64,000 nucleotides of DNA from assembly GCA_945906965.1 (NCBI GenBank), contig CAMDRP010000001.1, forward strand, positions 32,908-96,907, in the 5' to 3' direction. How positions within the stretch are numbered: the stretch's first letter is position 1; the number at the start of each line of letters is the position of its first letter. The DNA comes from Opitutus sp. GAS368. GTDB lineage: Bacteria > Verrucomicrobiota > Verrucomicrobiia > Opitutales > Opitutaceae. A program made the position numbers and the translations under genes. Positions 38,726 to 46,751 of this stretch are shown here, piece after piece. The notes under the pieces were generated by a model. The model did not search any database, was not told the origin of the DNA, and worked only from the letters and a program-made list of their open reading frames with translations.

Positions 38726-40105
38726 ATGCGTTCCTTCTCTTTCCTCGCTCTCAGTTACCTTGTTCTCACCGCCGGCGCTGCTCATGCGTCGTCCTCGTCT
38801 TCGGCACCAGCCACTTCCGCCAGCGTCGCCCCCGCCTTGCGCTTCACTCTCCCGGCTTCCGATAGCGGTCTAGCCGGCTCCGGCCCGATCCGCCGCTATC
38901 CGTGGTTTCAAAAACTCTGGACCGAACGCCGCACCACGTGGGCCGGTCAAGTGGAGCGCGATCAAAAAGCCGTCGTCTTCCTCGGCGATTCGATCACCCA
39001 GGGTTGGGGCGCCGCGCTCGCCTCGTCGTTCCCCGAGCTCAAGGTCGCCAACCGCGGGATCAGCGGGGACACCACACGCGGGGTGCTCATCCGCCTTCAG
39101 GAAGACGTCCTCGCCCTGCATCCTGCCGCCGTCGTTCTGCTCATCGGCACCAACGACCTGGAGGAAAACGCCACCCCCTGGACCATCGCCAGTAATCTCC
39201 GTCTCATTCTCGCCGCGCTCCACGATCACAATCCCGCCCTGCCCGTGATCGTCTGCGCCGTGATGCCCAGCTCGCCCACCAAAAAGCGTCCGGCCTTTCT
39301 CATCCGCCGCATCAACCAACTTATCCTCGAAGCCACCGTCGACCAACCTCAAGTCACCGTCCTCGACACGTGGAAACTCTTCGCCGACGCCCAAAACGAC
39401 GCGCCTCTCGCCGAGTTCCCCGATCTCCTCCACCCCAACGCCGCCGGCTACGCCAAGTTTGCCGCCGCCCTGCGTCCGTTCTTCGCCACGCTCGGCCTGA
39501 GCGAACGCGCGCCCGACGCCTTCACGCCCGAGCCGGGCTTTGTCAGTCTTCTTAACGGCCACGACCTCACCGGCTGGGGCACGCGGCCCACGGCCGAGAA
39601 AGAAATCGCCACCACGATTCGCATGCAGGCCACCGACCTTGCCGCCCCGCTGTGGCCGGTCGTGACCAAATCGGCCAGCTACGACGGTCTCACGCGTAGC
39701 CCCGATGGTCGTTGGCTCGCCCAAGCCGGACGCATCGTCGCCACCACCCCGCCCGGCGGCCGCCGGATCCAACAACTGTGGACGACCCGCGAGTTCCCGC
39801 AAAACTTTGTCCTCAAACTCGAGTTCCGCGCCACGCCCAATGCCGACGGCGGTGTGTACGTGCGAGGCCCGCAACTCCAAGCCCGCGACTACCTCATCGC
39901 CGGCCCGTACTTGAAGCTCGCGAACTTCCGCCCGCTGGATTGGAACGAGCTTATCATCACCGTGACCGACGGCGTCGCCCATTGCACGTGCAACGGCGAA
40001 GTCTTAGAAGCCGCGCTCAAGCTCCCGGCCAGTGGCCCCATCGGACTGGAAGGCGACCGCGGCCAACTGGAATACCGCCGCATCCGGATCCGCGATTTGC
40101 CTTAA
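38726..40105 (+). CDS. Secreted SGNH/GDSL hydrolase fused to a DUF1080 (LamG-like, 3-keto-disaccharide-hydrolase-type) domain
   Basis: From ATG 38726 with signal peptide MRSFSFLALSYLVLTAGAAHA. SGNH blocks are FLGDSITQGWG, LLIGTNDL and DLLHPN. The C-terminal half has SLLNGHDLTGWG ... GGVYVRG ... GPIGLEGDRGQLEYRRIRIRDL. The listed 83-codon upstream extension spans a terminator and was rejected. Confidence 0.7.
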   Translation: MRSFSFLALSYLVLTAGAAHASSSSSAPATSASVAPALRFTLPASDSGLAGSGPIRRYPWFQKLWTERRTTWAGQVERDQKAVVFLGDSITQGWGAALASSFPELKVANRGISGDTTRGVLIRLQEDVLALHPAAVVLLIGTNDLEENATPWTIASNLRLILAALHDHNPALPVIVCAVMPSSPTKKRPAFLIRRINQLILEATVDQPQVTVLDTWKLFADAQNDAPLAEFPDLLHPNAAGYAKFAAALRPFFATLGLSERAPDAFTPEPGFVSLLNGHDLTGWGTRPTAEKEIATTIRMQATDLAAPLWPVVTKSASYDGLTRSPDGRWLAQAGRIVATTPPGGRRIQQLWTTREFPQNFVLKLEFRATPNADGGVYVRGPQLQARDYLIAGPYLKLANFRPLDWNELIITVTDGVAHCTCNGEVLEAALKLPASGPIGLEGDRGQLEYRRIRIRDLP

Positions 40106-40173
40106 TCTCGACGTCGCAACCGGCGCGCAGTTCTGTTTAGGCCCTCAAATCACGTCCTAGGTCAGTGCACCCA

Positions 40174-41523
40174 ATGAATCAACTCCTTCCTGATACGACG
40201 ACGCGCGCCTTGCGTTATCTTGCCGGCCTTCCGACTCGCTCGGTTGCGCCCAGTCCGGAGGCTATGGCTCGGCTCGCGGAATTTGACACGCACTTGCCCG
40301 CGGGGCCGAACCATCCCGCTGAAACCCTGCGTCTCCTTGATGAAGTCGGTTCGCCCGCCACGACTGCGATGGCTGGTCCACGCTATTTCGGTTTTGTGAC
40401 CGGCGGCGCGTTACCCGCTACGCTCGCCGCCAACTGGCTAGCCAGCACGTGGGATCAAAACACCGCCCTCCACCGTGCCGCTCCGGCCACCGCCGTGATC
40501 GAAGCCGTCGCCCTGCGCTGGCTCTTGGATGTGCTGCAACTCCCTCCGACGGCAACGGGCACTTTTGTCACGGGCGCCACCGTGGCCAATCTCTGCGCGC
40601 TCGCCGCCGCCCGCCACACGTTGCTCAAACGCGCTGGATGGGATGTCGAAGCCGATGGTTTATTTGGGGCTCCACCGATCACCGTAATCGTAGGCGCTGA
40701 GATTCATCCTTCCGTCACGAAGGCGCTAGGCGTCCTCGGTTTGGGCCGCAACCGCGTCGTTAAAATCCCAGTCGATAACCAAGGCCGGCTCCGCTCCGAA
40801 CTGCTGCCGACCCTCTGCGGCCCGACTCTCATCATCGCTCAAGCCGGCAATGTTAACACCGGCGCATGCGATCCCATCGCCGCTATCTGCCGCCATGCGC
40901 ACGCTGCCGGCGCTTGGGTGCATGTGGACGGTGCGTTTGGCCTCTGGGCCGCGGCCGCACCCACTCTTAACTCTATTGTCGCAGGTGTGGCCGATGCCGA
41001 TTCTTGGGCGACCGATGCCCACAAATGGCTCAACGTTCCTTATGACTGCGGCCTCGCCTTCGTGCGCGATCCGCTCGCGCTCCAAGCCGCCATGGCGATC
41101 GCGGCCGCGTATCTCCCGACGGAAGGAGCCCAGCGTAACCCGGCCGACTTCACGCCTGAACTATCCCGTCGCGCGCGCGGGGTGGAAGTATGGGCGGCGT
41201 TGCATTCGTTGGGACGAAGCGGCATCGCTTCGCTCATCGAGCGGAATTGCGCCCTCGCGCGCCGTTTCGCCGCACAGCTCTCCGCCGCCGGCCTAGAGAT
41301 TTTGAACGACGTCGTGCTCAATCAAGTCCTCGTTACCTTCGGCGATGCGGAGAGGACGACGCGCGTGATCGCGGCCATCCAAGCGGAGGGCACGTGCTGG
41401 GCTGGCATAACCGTCTGGCAAGGTCGCACCGCGATGCGCATCAGCGTGTGTTCCTGGGCAACCACGGAAGCTGACGTTGACCAGAGCGTCGCCGCGATCC
41501 TGAGCGTCAACGGCAGCCTATAA
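40174..41523 (+). CDS. Group II pyridoxal-phosphate-dependent decarboxylase family protein
   Basis: About 449 aa. PLP-lysine context SWATDAHKWLNVPYDCG and fold-type I features. The start may be ATG 40174 or GTG 40165. Confidence 0.8.
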   Translation: MNQLLPDTTTRALRYLAGLPTRSVAPSPEAMARLAEFDTHLPAGPNHPAETLRLLDEVGSPATTAMAGPRYFGFVTGGALPATLAANWLASTWDQNTALHRAAPATAVIEAVALRWLLDVLQLPPTATGTFVTGATVANLCALAAARHTLLKRAGWDVEADGLFGAPPITVIVGAEIHPSVTKALGVLGLGRNRVVKIPVDNQGRLRSELLPTLCGPTLIIAQAGNVNTGACDPIAAICRHAHAAGAWVHVDGAFGLWAAAAPTLNSIVAGVADADSWATDAHKWLNVPYDCGLAFVRDPLALQAAMAIAAAYLPTEGAQRNPADFTPELSRRARGVEVWAALHSLGRSGIASLIERNCALARRFAAQLSAAGLEILNDVVLNQVLVTFGDAERTTRVIAAIQAEGTCWAGITVWQGRTAMRISVCSWATTEADVDQSVAAILSVNGSL

Positions 41524-41533
41524 TTACGAAACC

Positions 41534-42241
41534 ATGGCACCCACACCATTAACGGTTCCGATGGGCGTAAACTACGTCGGCAGTTTTACCGAGTTGCTGG
41601 CGACTCCCTTGGCGGCGGGCGTGAATGCGCTGTGTTGGCCACGCGAGTTGTCCGGCGATTATGCGGCCGTGGCGGCGGGTCTGGCCGGCGGTGAGGCCAT
41701 CGACACGCTCGATGAAGCGCGCTTGCTCGCGCTCGACGTCGGCCCCGCTGGGCGCGTGGCGGTCCAACAACTCCTCGCCGATCTCCGGCACCTGCGCGAG
41801 CAAGGCCTCGAGCCCGCGCTCAATTGCATCAACGGTTACCCCCGCGATGAAGCGGCGGGCTTGATCGCAACGGATGTTTTCTCGTTTCACGCCGACAGCG
41901 CGCCCTTCGCGGCCGATACGTGGTTGTGCACGTATTTCGGACCGGCGAGCGAAGGCTTGAGTCCGGACGACGCCGTGCGCCGCGTAGATCAACCGGAGAC
42001 GCGCGCGGCGTTGTTAAAAGAGTTTGGGGGGGTGGACGGAGAGGAGTTCCGCGAGTTTCTCCAAGAAAACTGTTACGATCTGCACTATATCCCGAAGTCG
42101 GGCGCGCAGCCGTACAGGTTTGGCCTCGGCAATCTCTGGCGAATCGCGACGGATTATCCGGGTAGTCCGGTGCCGCCGTGCGTGCATCGCGCGCCCTCGA
42201 CTCGACCGGGCGATCCGCCGCGGTTGTTATTGATCAGCTGA
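41534..42241 (+). CDS. Uncharacterised protein with HxD...H motif (resembles DUF1826-type proteins; unverified)
   Basis: 235 aa, starting 10 nt after the decarboxylase stop. It contains FSFHADSAPFAADTWLCTYFGPASEG and a distal CVHRAP...PPRLLLIS. The family call is from memory only. Confidence 0.5.
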   Translation: MAPTPLTVPMGVNYVGSFTELLATPLAAGVNALCWPRELSGDYAAVAAGLAGGEAIDTLDEARLLALDVGPAGRVAVQQLLADLRHLREQGLEPALNCINGYPRDEAAGLIATDVFSFHADSAPFAADTWLCTYFGPASEGLSPDDAVRRVDQPETRAALLKEFGGVDGEEFREFLQENCYDLHYIPKSGAQPYRFGLGNLWRIATDYPGSPVPPCVHRAPSTRPGDPPRLLLIS

Positions 42242-42265
42242 AGCGGGAAAAAGCAGGACACTGCT

Positions 42266-43243
42266 TTACAAGCCTAGCTTCTTGCGCGCAAAGGGGCGGA
42301 CGTGCGCTGCGGGCGGATTGTGCGCGGTAGCGAGCGTGTAGGCTTGAAGGTAATACGCGAGAGCGCGGTCTTTCTGGCCGAGCTGTTCGCAGGTCTGGCC
42401 CAACAAGCACGGTAAGAACGGATCGTTCTGCGCGCCGGGGCTGTTCATCGCCTGGGTGAGTTCGGTCTCGGCGCGTTTCAAGTCGCCGGTGTAAAGCGCG
42501 ACGTAACCGACGAGGTAAGGGAAATAGCGCTCTTGTTGTTCTGCCATCTTGGGATCGCGGTCGAGGTGAGCGCGGGCGGCGGCAATGTGTCGTTGAGCTT
42601 CGGCTTTGTCGCCGCGGCGAGCGGCGATGCGACCGAGGGCGTGGGCGAGACGATAATCCCAGAGACTTTGCGGGTGCGTCTTGGGCGCGGGTTCTTTGAG
42701 GCCCAGCTCGGTGCCCTTGCGGTACCAATACTCGGCGGCGTCGAGATCACCGGAGTCGATGCAAACACGCGCGGCTTCATTGGCCATTTCGCCTTGTTGA
42801 TAAAAAGCCAGCTGCGGTTCGGCGGACTCGCGCGTCACCCAGTAGGCGATGACTTCTTGCTCAAGCTTGACGGTGGTTTTACTCTCGCCAGTGAAGGCAT
42901 AGGACATGGCGAGGGCGCGCTGGGCGGAGGCCTTGGCACCGGCATCAGGCGCGGAGTCGATGCGTTTTTGGAAAATAGCGCGGGCGGCCTTGGTCTCGCC
43001 GAGCGTGTCGAGGAGATTGGCGGCAGCGGCGGAGGTCGGATTGGCAGTGAGCTCGCGTTGGACAGCGGCGAGCGCTTCGGCGGGTTTAGCTTCGCGGATG
43101 AAGTCGGTGGCTTGACGGATATGCGGCGAAGACTCTTTGCCTTTACCCTGTTTTTGTTGGGCGAGAAGACCGGCGGGCGCGGCTACGAGCAGTAACGCGG
43201 CGAAATACGAACGAAAGATGAAGCGGAGAGATAGATTTTTCAT
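42266..43243 (-). CDS. Secreted tetratricopeptide-repeat protein
   Basis: From ATG 43243 with signal peptide MKNLSLRFIFRSYFAALLLVAAPAGLLA. Several TPR-like 34-aa helix pairs follow (e.g. AEYWYRKGTELGLKEP; LALAYYLQAYTLA). Confidence 0.7.
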   Translation of the reverse strand: MKNLSLRFIFRSYFAALLLVAAPAGLLAQQKQGKGKESSPHIRQATDFIREAKPAEALAAVQRELTANPTSAAAANLLDTLGETKAARAIFQKRIDSAPDAGAKASAQRALAMSYAFTGESKTTVKLEQEVIAYWVTRESAEPQLAFYQQGEMANEAARVCIDSGDLDAAEYWYRKGTELGLKEPAPKTHPQSLWDYRLAHALGRIAARRGDKAEAQRHIAAARAHLDRDPKMAEQQERYFPYLVGYVALYTGDLKRAETELTQAMNSPGAQNDPFLPCLLGQTCEQLGQKDRALAYYLQAYTLATAHNPPAAHVRPFARKKLGL

Positions 43244-43376
43244 TGGGGTAATGATTACCGTAAAGAAGGCCCAACTACATTGAAGGTGGCGACGGTGCGC
43301 GACAAGTAAGATTCGGCAAGTTCCGGCTTGGACAGGCCATCGCGGGCGGGTCAAGGTGGGTGAACTCCTTTTGCTT

Positions 43377-44777
43377 ATGCCCACTCTTTCTCGACGTCGT
43401 TTTCTGGATCACTCACTCGCGGCCGGAGTTTTGGCGGCACTGGCGCCCGCGCTCTTGCGGGGTGAAACGTCGGCTGCGACGGCGGGGAACGCACTGCGCT
43501 TGGCGACCTTTCGTCTCGATGTGACTCCGCCGGTTGGGCACTCGTTGTGCGGAGGCTGGATCAAGCCCGTCGAGTATGTGGAAGATGCGCTCGAAGCGAT
43601 CGGCTTCGTCCTGCTCGGCGCGGGCGCGCCGATTGTGATTTGCACCGTGGATTGGACGGGGTTGCTCAATGAAGCGCATCTGGCGTGGCGCAGCGCCCTC
43701 GCAAACGCAGCTGGGACGACGCCCGATCGCGTGGCGCTCCACTGTGTGCATCAACACAATGCGCCGATGGTGTGTACCGCCGCCGATGCGCTCGTCGCGA
43801 GGCAAGCGGACTTGCCTCGGATTTATGATCCGGTGTTTTTTCAACGCTGTCTGCAGTCTGCGCGGGAAGCGGTGACGGCGGCGCTCCCACAGGCGCGCCG
43901 CATCACACACGTGGCGGCGGCACACGCGCTCGTGGATCGCGTCGCTTCCAATCGGCGCATGGACCGCAAAGCCGATGGGCGCATCGGAACCATGCGCGGC
44001 AGCAAGTGCGTGGACCCGGCGTTGATCGCGTTGCCCGAAGGTCCGATTGATCCGCTCCTGCGCACGGTGGCGTTTTTCGACGGCACGACCAAGATCGTGG
44101 CTTGCCATTATTACGCGACGCATCCGATGAGCTACTACGGCGATGGCCGCGTGAGCAGCGACTTTTGCGGACTCGCCCGCAAGCGCCGCCAACGCGAAGA
44201 ACCTACGTGCACCCAACTCTATTTCACCGGTTGCGCGGGCAACATCGCCGCCGGCAAATACAACGACGGCACGCCGGCCGCGCGGGTGCAACTGACCGAC
44301 CGGATTCACGCGGGCATGGTCGCCGCCGAAACTGCGCTGCGGCCCGTGCCGCTGCAGCGCGTGAGCTGGCGCACCGCGGAACTTTTTGCGCAGCCGAACC
44401 CTTCGCTCGGGCTCGATGCGTTGCGCGAGTTGATGGACAAGCGGACCGATTCGCTGGCGTTGCGGATGCGCCCCGCCTTCAAACTGGCCTTGATCGAACG
44501 TTGCGCACGGCGCGTACCGTTTATCCTAAGCGCACTACAGCTCGACGATATCACGCTGCTACATCTGCCGGCGGAACCGTTTGTTGATTTCCAACTCTTC
44601 GCGCAATCCCTGCGTCCCGGTCGCACGGTCGCCGTGGCCGGGTACGGTGATGGTGGGCCGTGGTACATTCCCACCAAGGGCGAATTCCCGGCCGGTGGTT
44701 ACGAAATCGATTTCGCCTTCTGCGCGGCCGAGACCGATGACCAGCTTCGCTCGGCGATCAGGCAACTGCTCGCCTAA
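43377..44777 (+). CDS. Tat-signal protein, neutral/alkaline ceramidase-like N-terminal architecture (putative hydrolase)
   Basis: Twin-arginine signal MPTLSRRRFLDHSLAAGVLAALAP. RLDVTPPVGHSLCGG and CVHQHNAP resemble the D(I/V)TPP.G and THTHSGP blocks of ceramidase-type hydrolases. Function is uncertain. Confidence 0.45.
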   Translation: MPTLSRRRFLDHSLAAGVLAALAPALLRGETSAATAGNALRLATFRLDVTPPVGHSLCGGWIKPVEYVEDALEAIGFVLLGAGAPIVICTVDWTGLLNEAHLAWRSALANAAGTTPDRVALHCVHQHNAPMVCTAADALVARQADLPRIYDPVFFQRCLQSAREAVTAALPQARRITHVAAAHALVDRVASNRRMDRKADGRIGTMRGSKCVDPALIALPEGPIDPLLRTVAFFDGTTKIVACHYYATHPMSYYGDGRVSSDFCGLARKRRQREEPTCTQLYFTGCAGNIAAGKYNDGTPAARVQLTDRIHAGMVAAETALRPVPLQRVSWRTAELFAQPNPSLGLDALRELMDKRTDSLALRMRPAFKLALIERCARRVPFILSALQLDDITLLHLPAEPFVDFQLFAQSLRPGRTVAVAGYGDGGPWYIPTKGEFPAGGYEIDFAFCAAETDDQLRSAIRQLLA

Positions 44778-44968
44778 ATCGCGCATTTAAATGGGAAGGC
44801 TCGATCACGCCCTGAAAAAAGCGGGCAGTCGCCTCAACCTGAGCAGCGTCTGGACGCCTAAATTCAGCTTCGGGACAACGGAACTCAATTACGTTTATTG
44901 CTACCAGATGCGCGCACGCCTAAACTAAGCGCCTCAGCAAAATTATAAATCTCCAAAATATTCCACTC

Positions 44969-46012
44969 ATGCGTCACCTCAGCGGTCTCATATTAATCCT
45001 CAGTTCTGCGGGCGCCGCAGAGCTTGCACAGATCGGCGCTGACGCTACACCGCAGCGCTATCACCTCACGGCCCGCGCCAGTGAAATCGACCCGCGCGCT
45101 CGGCCCCACCGTGAAATCGACTTTATCTTCACCAATGAAGCCGGAAAACCACAGGACATTGAAAACGCGATCGTCGATACCCGCGTTGCTCCGCGTGGGC
45201 GCCTCGTGATATGGCTCATGGATTACAAAGCGCCGCTCTTCGAGCGCCTCGGCGATTACGGGCTGCACGCGATCCAAGTCCACTACGCCAACAAATGGTT
45301 CGGCCTCATTCCGACCTCCGCACGCGACGACGGCACCAGCCTGGGCCAACTACGCCTCGAAGCCGCCACGGGCGAAGACTACAGCCCTTTGGCTATGATT
45401 CCACAGCCAGACGGCATGATGGAGCGGGCGTTTCAATTCGTTCGTTGGCTCGCGCAACATCACCCGCAGGGCAAATGGGAACAGTTCATCAACGATCAAG
45501 GCACGGGCCTGCGTTGGGACAAAGTCATCATGTCGGGCGCCTCCCACGGCGCGACCACGGCGACACGCTTTGCCGTCCATCAACGCGTGGATCGCGTCGT
45601 CGCCTTCTGCGGCCCACGCGACCAACTCGAAAGCTGGCAAAGTTTCCCCTCGGCCACACCGTCCAACCGCATCTTTGGCTTCAGCCACGTCTTGGATGAC
45701 GGCTGGAAAAACGACCATTATTGCCGCTCGTGGCAGATGCTCGGCCTACATCGCTACGGCCCGATCATCGACGTCGATGCCAGTGCTCCGCCCTACGGCA
45801 ACTCCCGCCGACTCACCACGCAGTTCGATGTCAAAGGCGATGCCAAGCGCGCGCACAGTTCCGTGACGCCGGGCAGCGCGGCCGGAAAAAATCCCGCCGG
45901 CCAATACCTCCACGAAGACGTCTGGCGCTATCTCTTCACGCATCCCGTTGAAGTGGTCGGCGACGCCGTTTTGCCCAATCTGGAGTGCGGACGCGACCTG
46001 CCGCAGCGGTAG
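44969..46012 (+). CDS. Secreted alpha/beta-hydrolase-like protein (putative)
   Basis: 347 aa with signal peptide MRHLSGLILILSSAGAAE and a GxSxG nucleophile elbow (MSGASHGATT). I do not recognise a specific family. Confidence 0.45.
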   Translation: MRHLSGLILILSSAGAAELAQIGADATPQRYHLTARASEIDPRARPHREIDFIFTNEAGKPQDIENAIVDTRVAPRGRLVIWLMDYKAPLFERLGDYGLHAIQVHYANKWFGLIPTSARDDGTSLGQLRLEAATGEDYSPLAMIPQPDGMMERAFQFVRWLAQHHPQGKWEQFINDQGTGLRWDKVIMSGASHGATTATRFAVHQRVDRVVAFCGPRDQLESWQSFPSATPSNRIFGFSHVLDDGWKNDHYCRSWQMLGLHRYGPIIDVDASAPPYGNSRRLTTQFDVKGDAKRAHSSVTPGSAAGKNPAGQYLHEDVWRYLFTHPVEVVGDAVLPNLECGRDLPQR

Positions 46013-46057
46013 CCGGCCTCGCCCTGATCCGCAAACCAAGCAGGAAACGACGAAAGT

Positions 46058-46606
46058 TTATTTCGCGGCCAGCGCTGCTTCGATGGCTTTTACGAAGGCG
46101 GCCGAATCGGGCTCCGTACCCGAATCGAAACGCGCGATGACCTTGCCGTCGCGTCCGACGAGGAACTTGTTGAAATTCCAAGAAATGTCGCCGGGGAATA
46201 CCGCGCCCGATCCCGCCAGCGCCGCGTAGAGCGGATGACGTTGCTCACCGTTGACTGATATTTTGGCAAACATCGGAAAGGTCACGTGAAAGTTGGCGGA
46301 GCAAAATTCTTTGATCTCGGCCTCACTGCCCGACTCTTGTCCACCGAATTGATTACACGGAAAGCCCAGCACCGTGAGCCCGCGTTTTTGATACTTCGCA
46401 TAAAGCGCCTGCAGACCCTCGTATTGTCCTGTGTAACCGCAGGCGGAGGCGACATTGACGATCAACAAAACCCGTCCGCGATACGGCGCCAAAGCAGTCT
46501 TTTGCCCGTCGATGTCGTTAACGGAAACTTCAAAAATAGGCTGCGCGGATGCACCGGTCAGCGTCGCGAGCCAAATCAAGGAACCGAGCAAAATGCGGAA
46601 GGTCAT
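46058..46606 (-). CDS. Glutathione peroxidase (Cys-type), secreted
   Basis: 182 aa with a signal peptide. Motifs are NVASACGYT (the peroxidatic residue is Cys, not Sec), LGFPCNQFGGQE and WNFNKFLV. Confidence 0.9.
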   Translation of the reverse strand: MTFRILLGSLIWLATLTGASAQPIFEVSVNDIDGQKTALAPYRGRVLLIVNVASACGYTGQYEGLQALYAKYQKRGLTVLGFPCNQFGGQESGSEAEIKEFCSANFHVTFPMFAKISVNGEQRHPLYAALAGSGAVFPGDISWNFNKFLVGRDGKVIARFDSGTEPDSAAFVKAIEAALAAK

Positions 46607-46751
46607 TTTGGCACCGTGCTTAACGCATTTATGCTGTCAAACTACCCTTGGCCCTTTGGCCGCAGTGTGCCAAACACGTTACAAATCAGACCAACCACGA
46701 GCACGTCTTGCACCTGAGCCGACATTTATTATCATCTTACATAAACTTTCC

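Noticed and set aside
35173-44309. Long antisense or alternative-frame ORFs across the GC-rich 35-44 kb block. Examples are 35173-36132 (319 aa), 36775-37266, 37914-38486, 38870-39982 (370 aa), 42533-43195 and 43413-44309 (298 aa).
   Set aside because: All overlap sense-strand genes with clear family motifs. Their translations are Arg/Gly/Ala/Pro-rich with no motifs. They are GC3-driven absence of stops, not overprinted genes, as far as sequence alone can show.
44791-44928. A 45-codon ORF (MGRLDHALKKAGSRLNLSSVW...) in the 190-nt spacer before the alpha/beta-hydrolase-like gene.
   Set aside because: It has no hydrophobic or otherwise recognisable features and no coupling to neighbours. Its composition resembles non-coding spacer. 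A 28-codon ORF at 27924-28010 (minus strand) was rejected for the same reason.
35000-46000. An impression that 35-46 kb is more GC-rich than, for example, the glmS region. Spot counts were 44/60 G+C at 37441-37500 against 26/60 at 17041-17100. This could have suggested a horizontally acquired island.
   Set aside because: Other spot checks (smc, and the DUF1080 gene near 50.3 kb) are also GC-rich, so the variation looks gene-by-gene rather than a bounded island. There are no flanking tRNA, integrase or repeats. A sliding-window GC/GC3 and tetranucleotide analysis, which I cannot run, would be needed.
46609-46624. Sigma-54-like element TGGCAC-N5-TTAA upstream of ppk2, plus a distant inverted partner GTGCCAA at 46667-46673.
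   Set aside because: The -12 element lacks the near-invariant GC (TTAA instead of TTGC). No enhancer-binding protein gene is nearby, and the TGGCAC overlaps the first bases next to the gpx start. This is probably chance.
46455-46751. The upstream extension of the ppk2 ORF, which overlaps the divergent glutathione peroxidase gene.
   Set aside because: It would overlap about 150 nt of gpx coding sequence on the other strand and has no PPK2-like content. The ATG at 46752 gives a sensible N-terminus.

Similar over-long starts were trimmed for rpsA, gcvT, gcvH, hisG, the exonuclease, the lipoprotein, the TPR protein and the DUF1080 protein.
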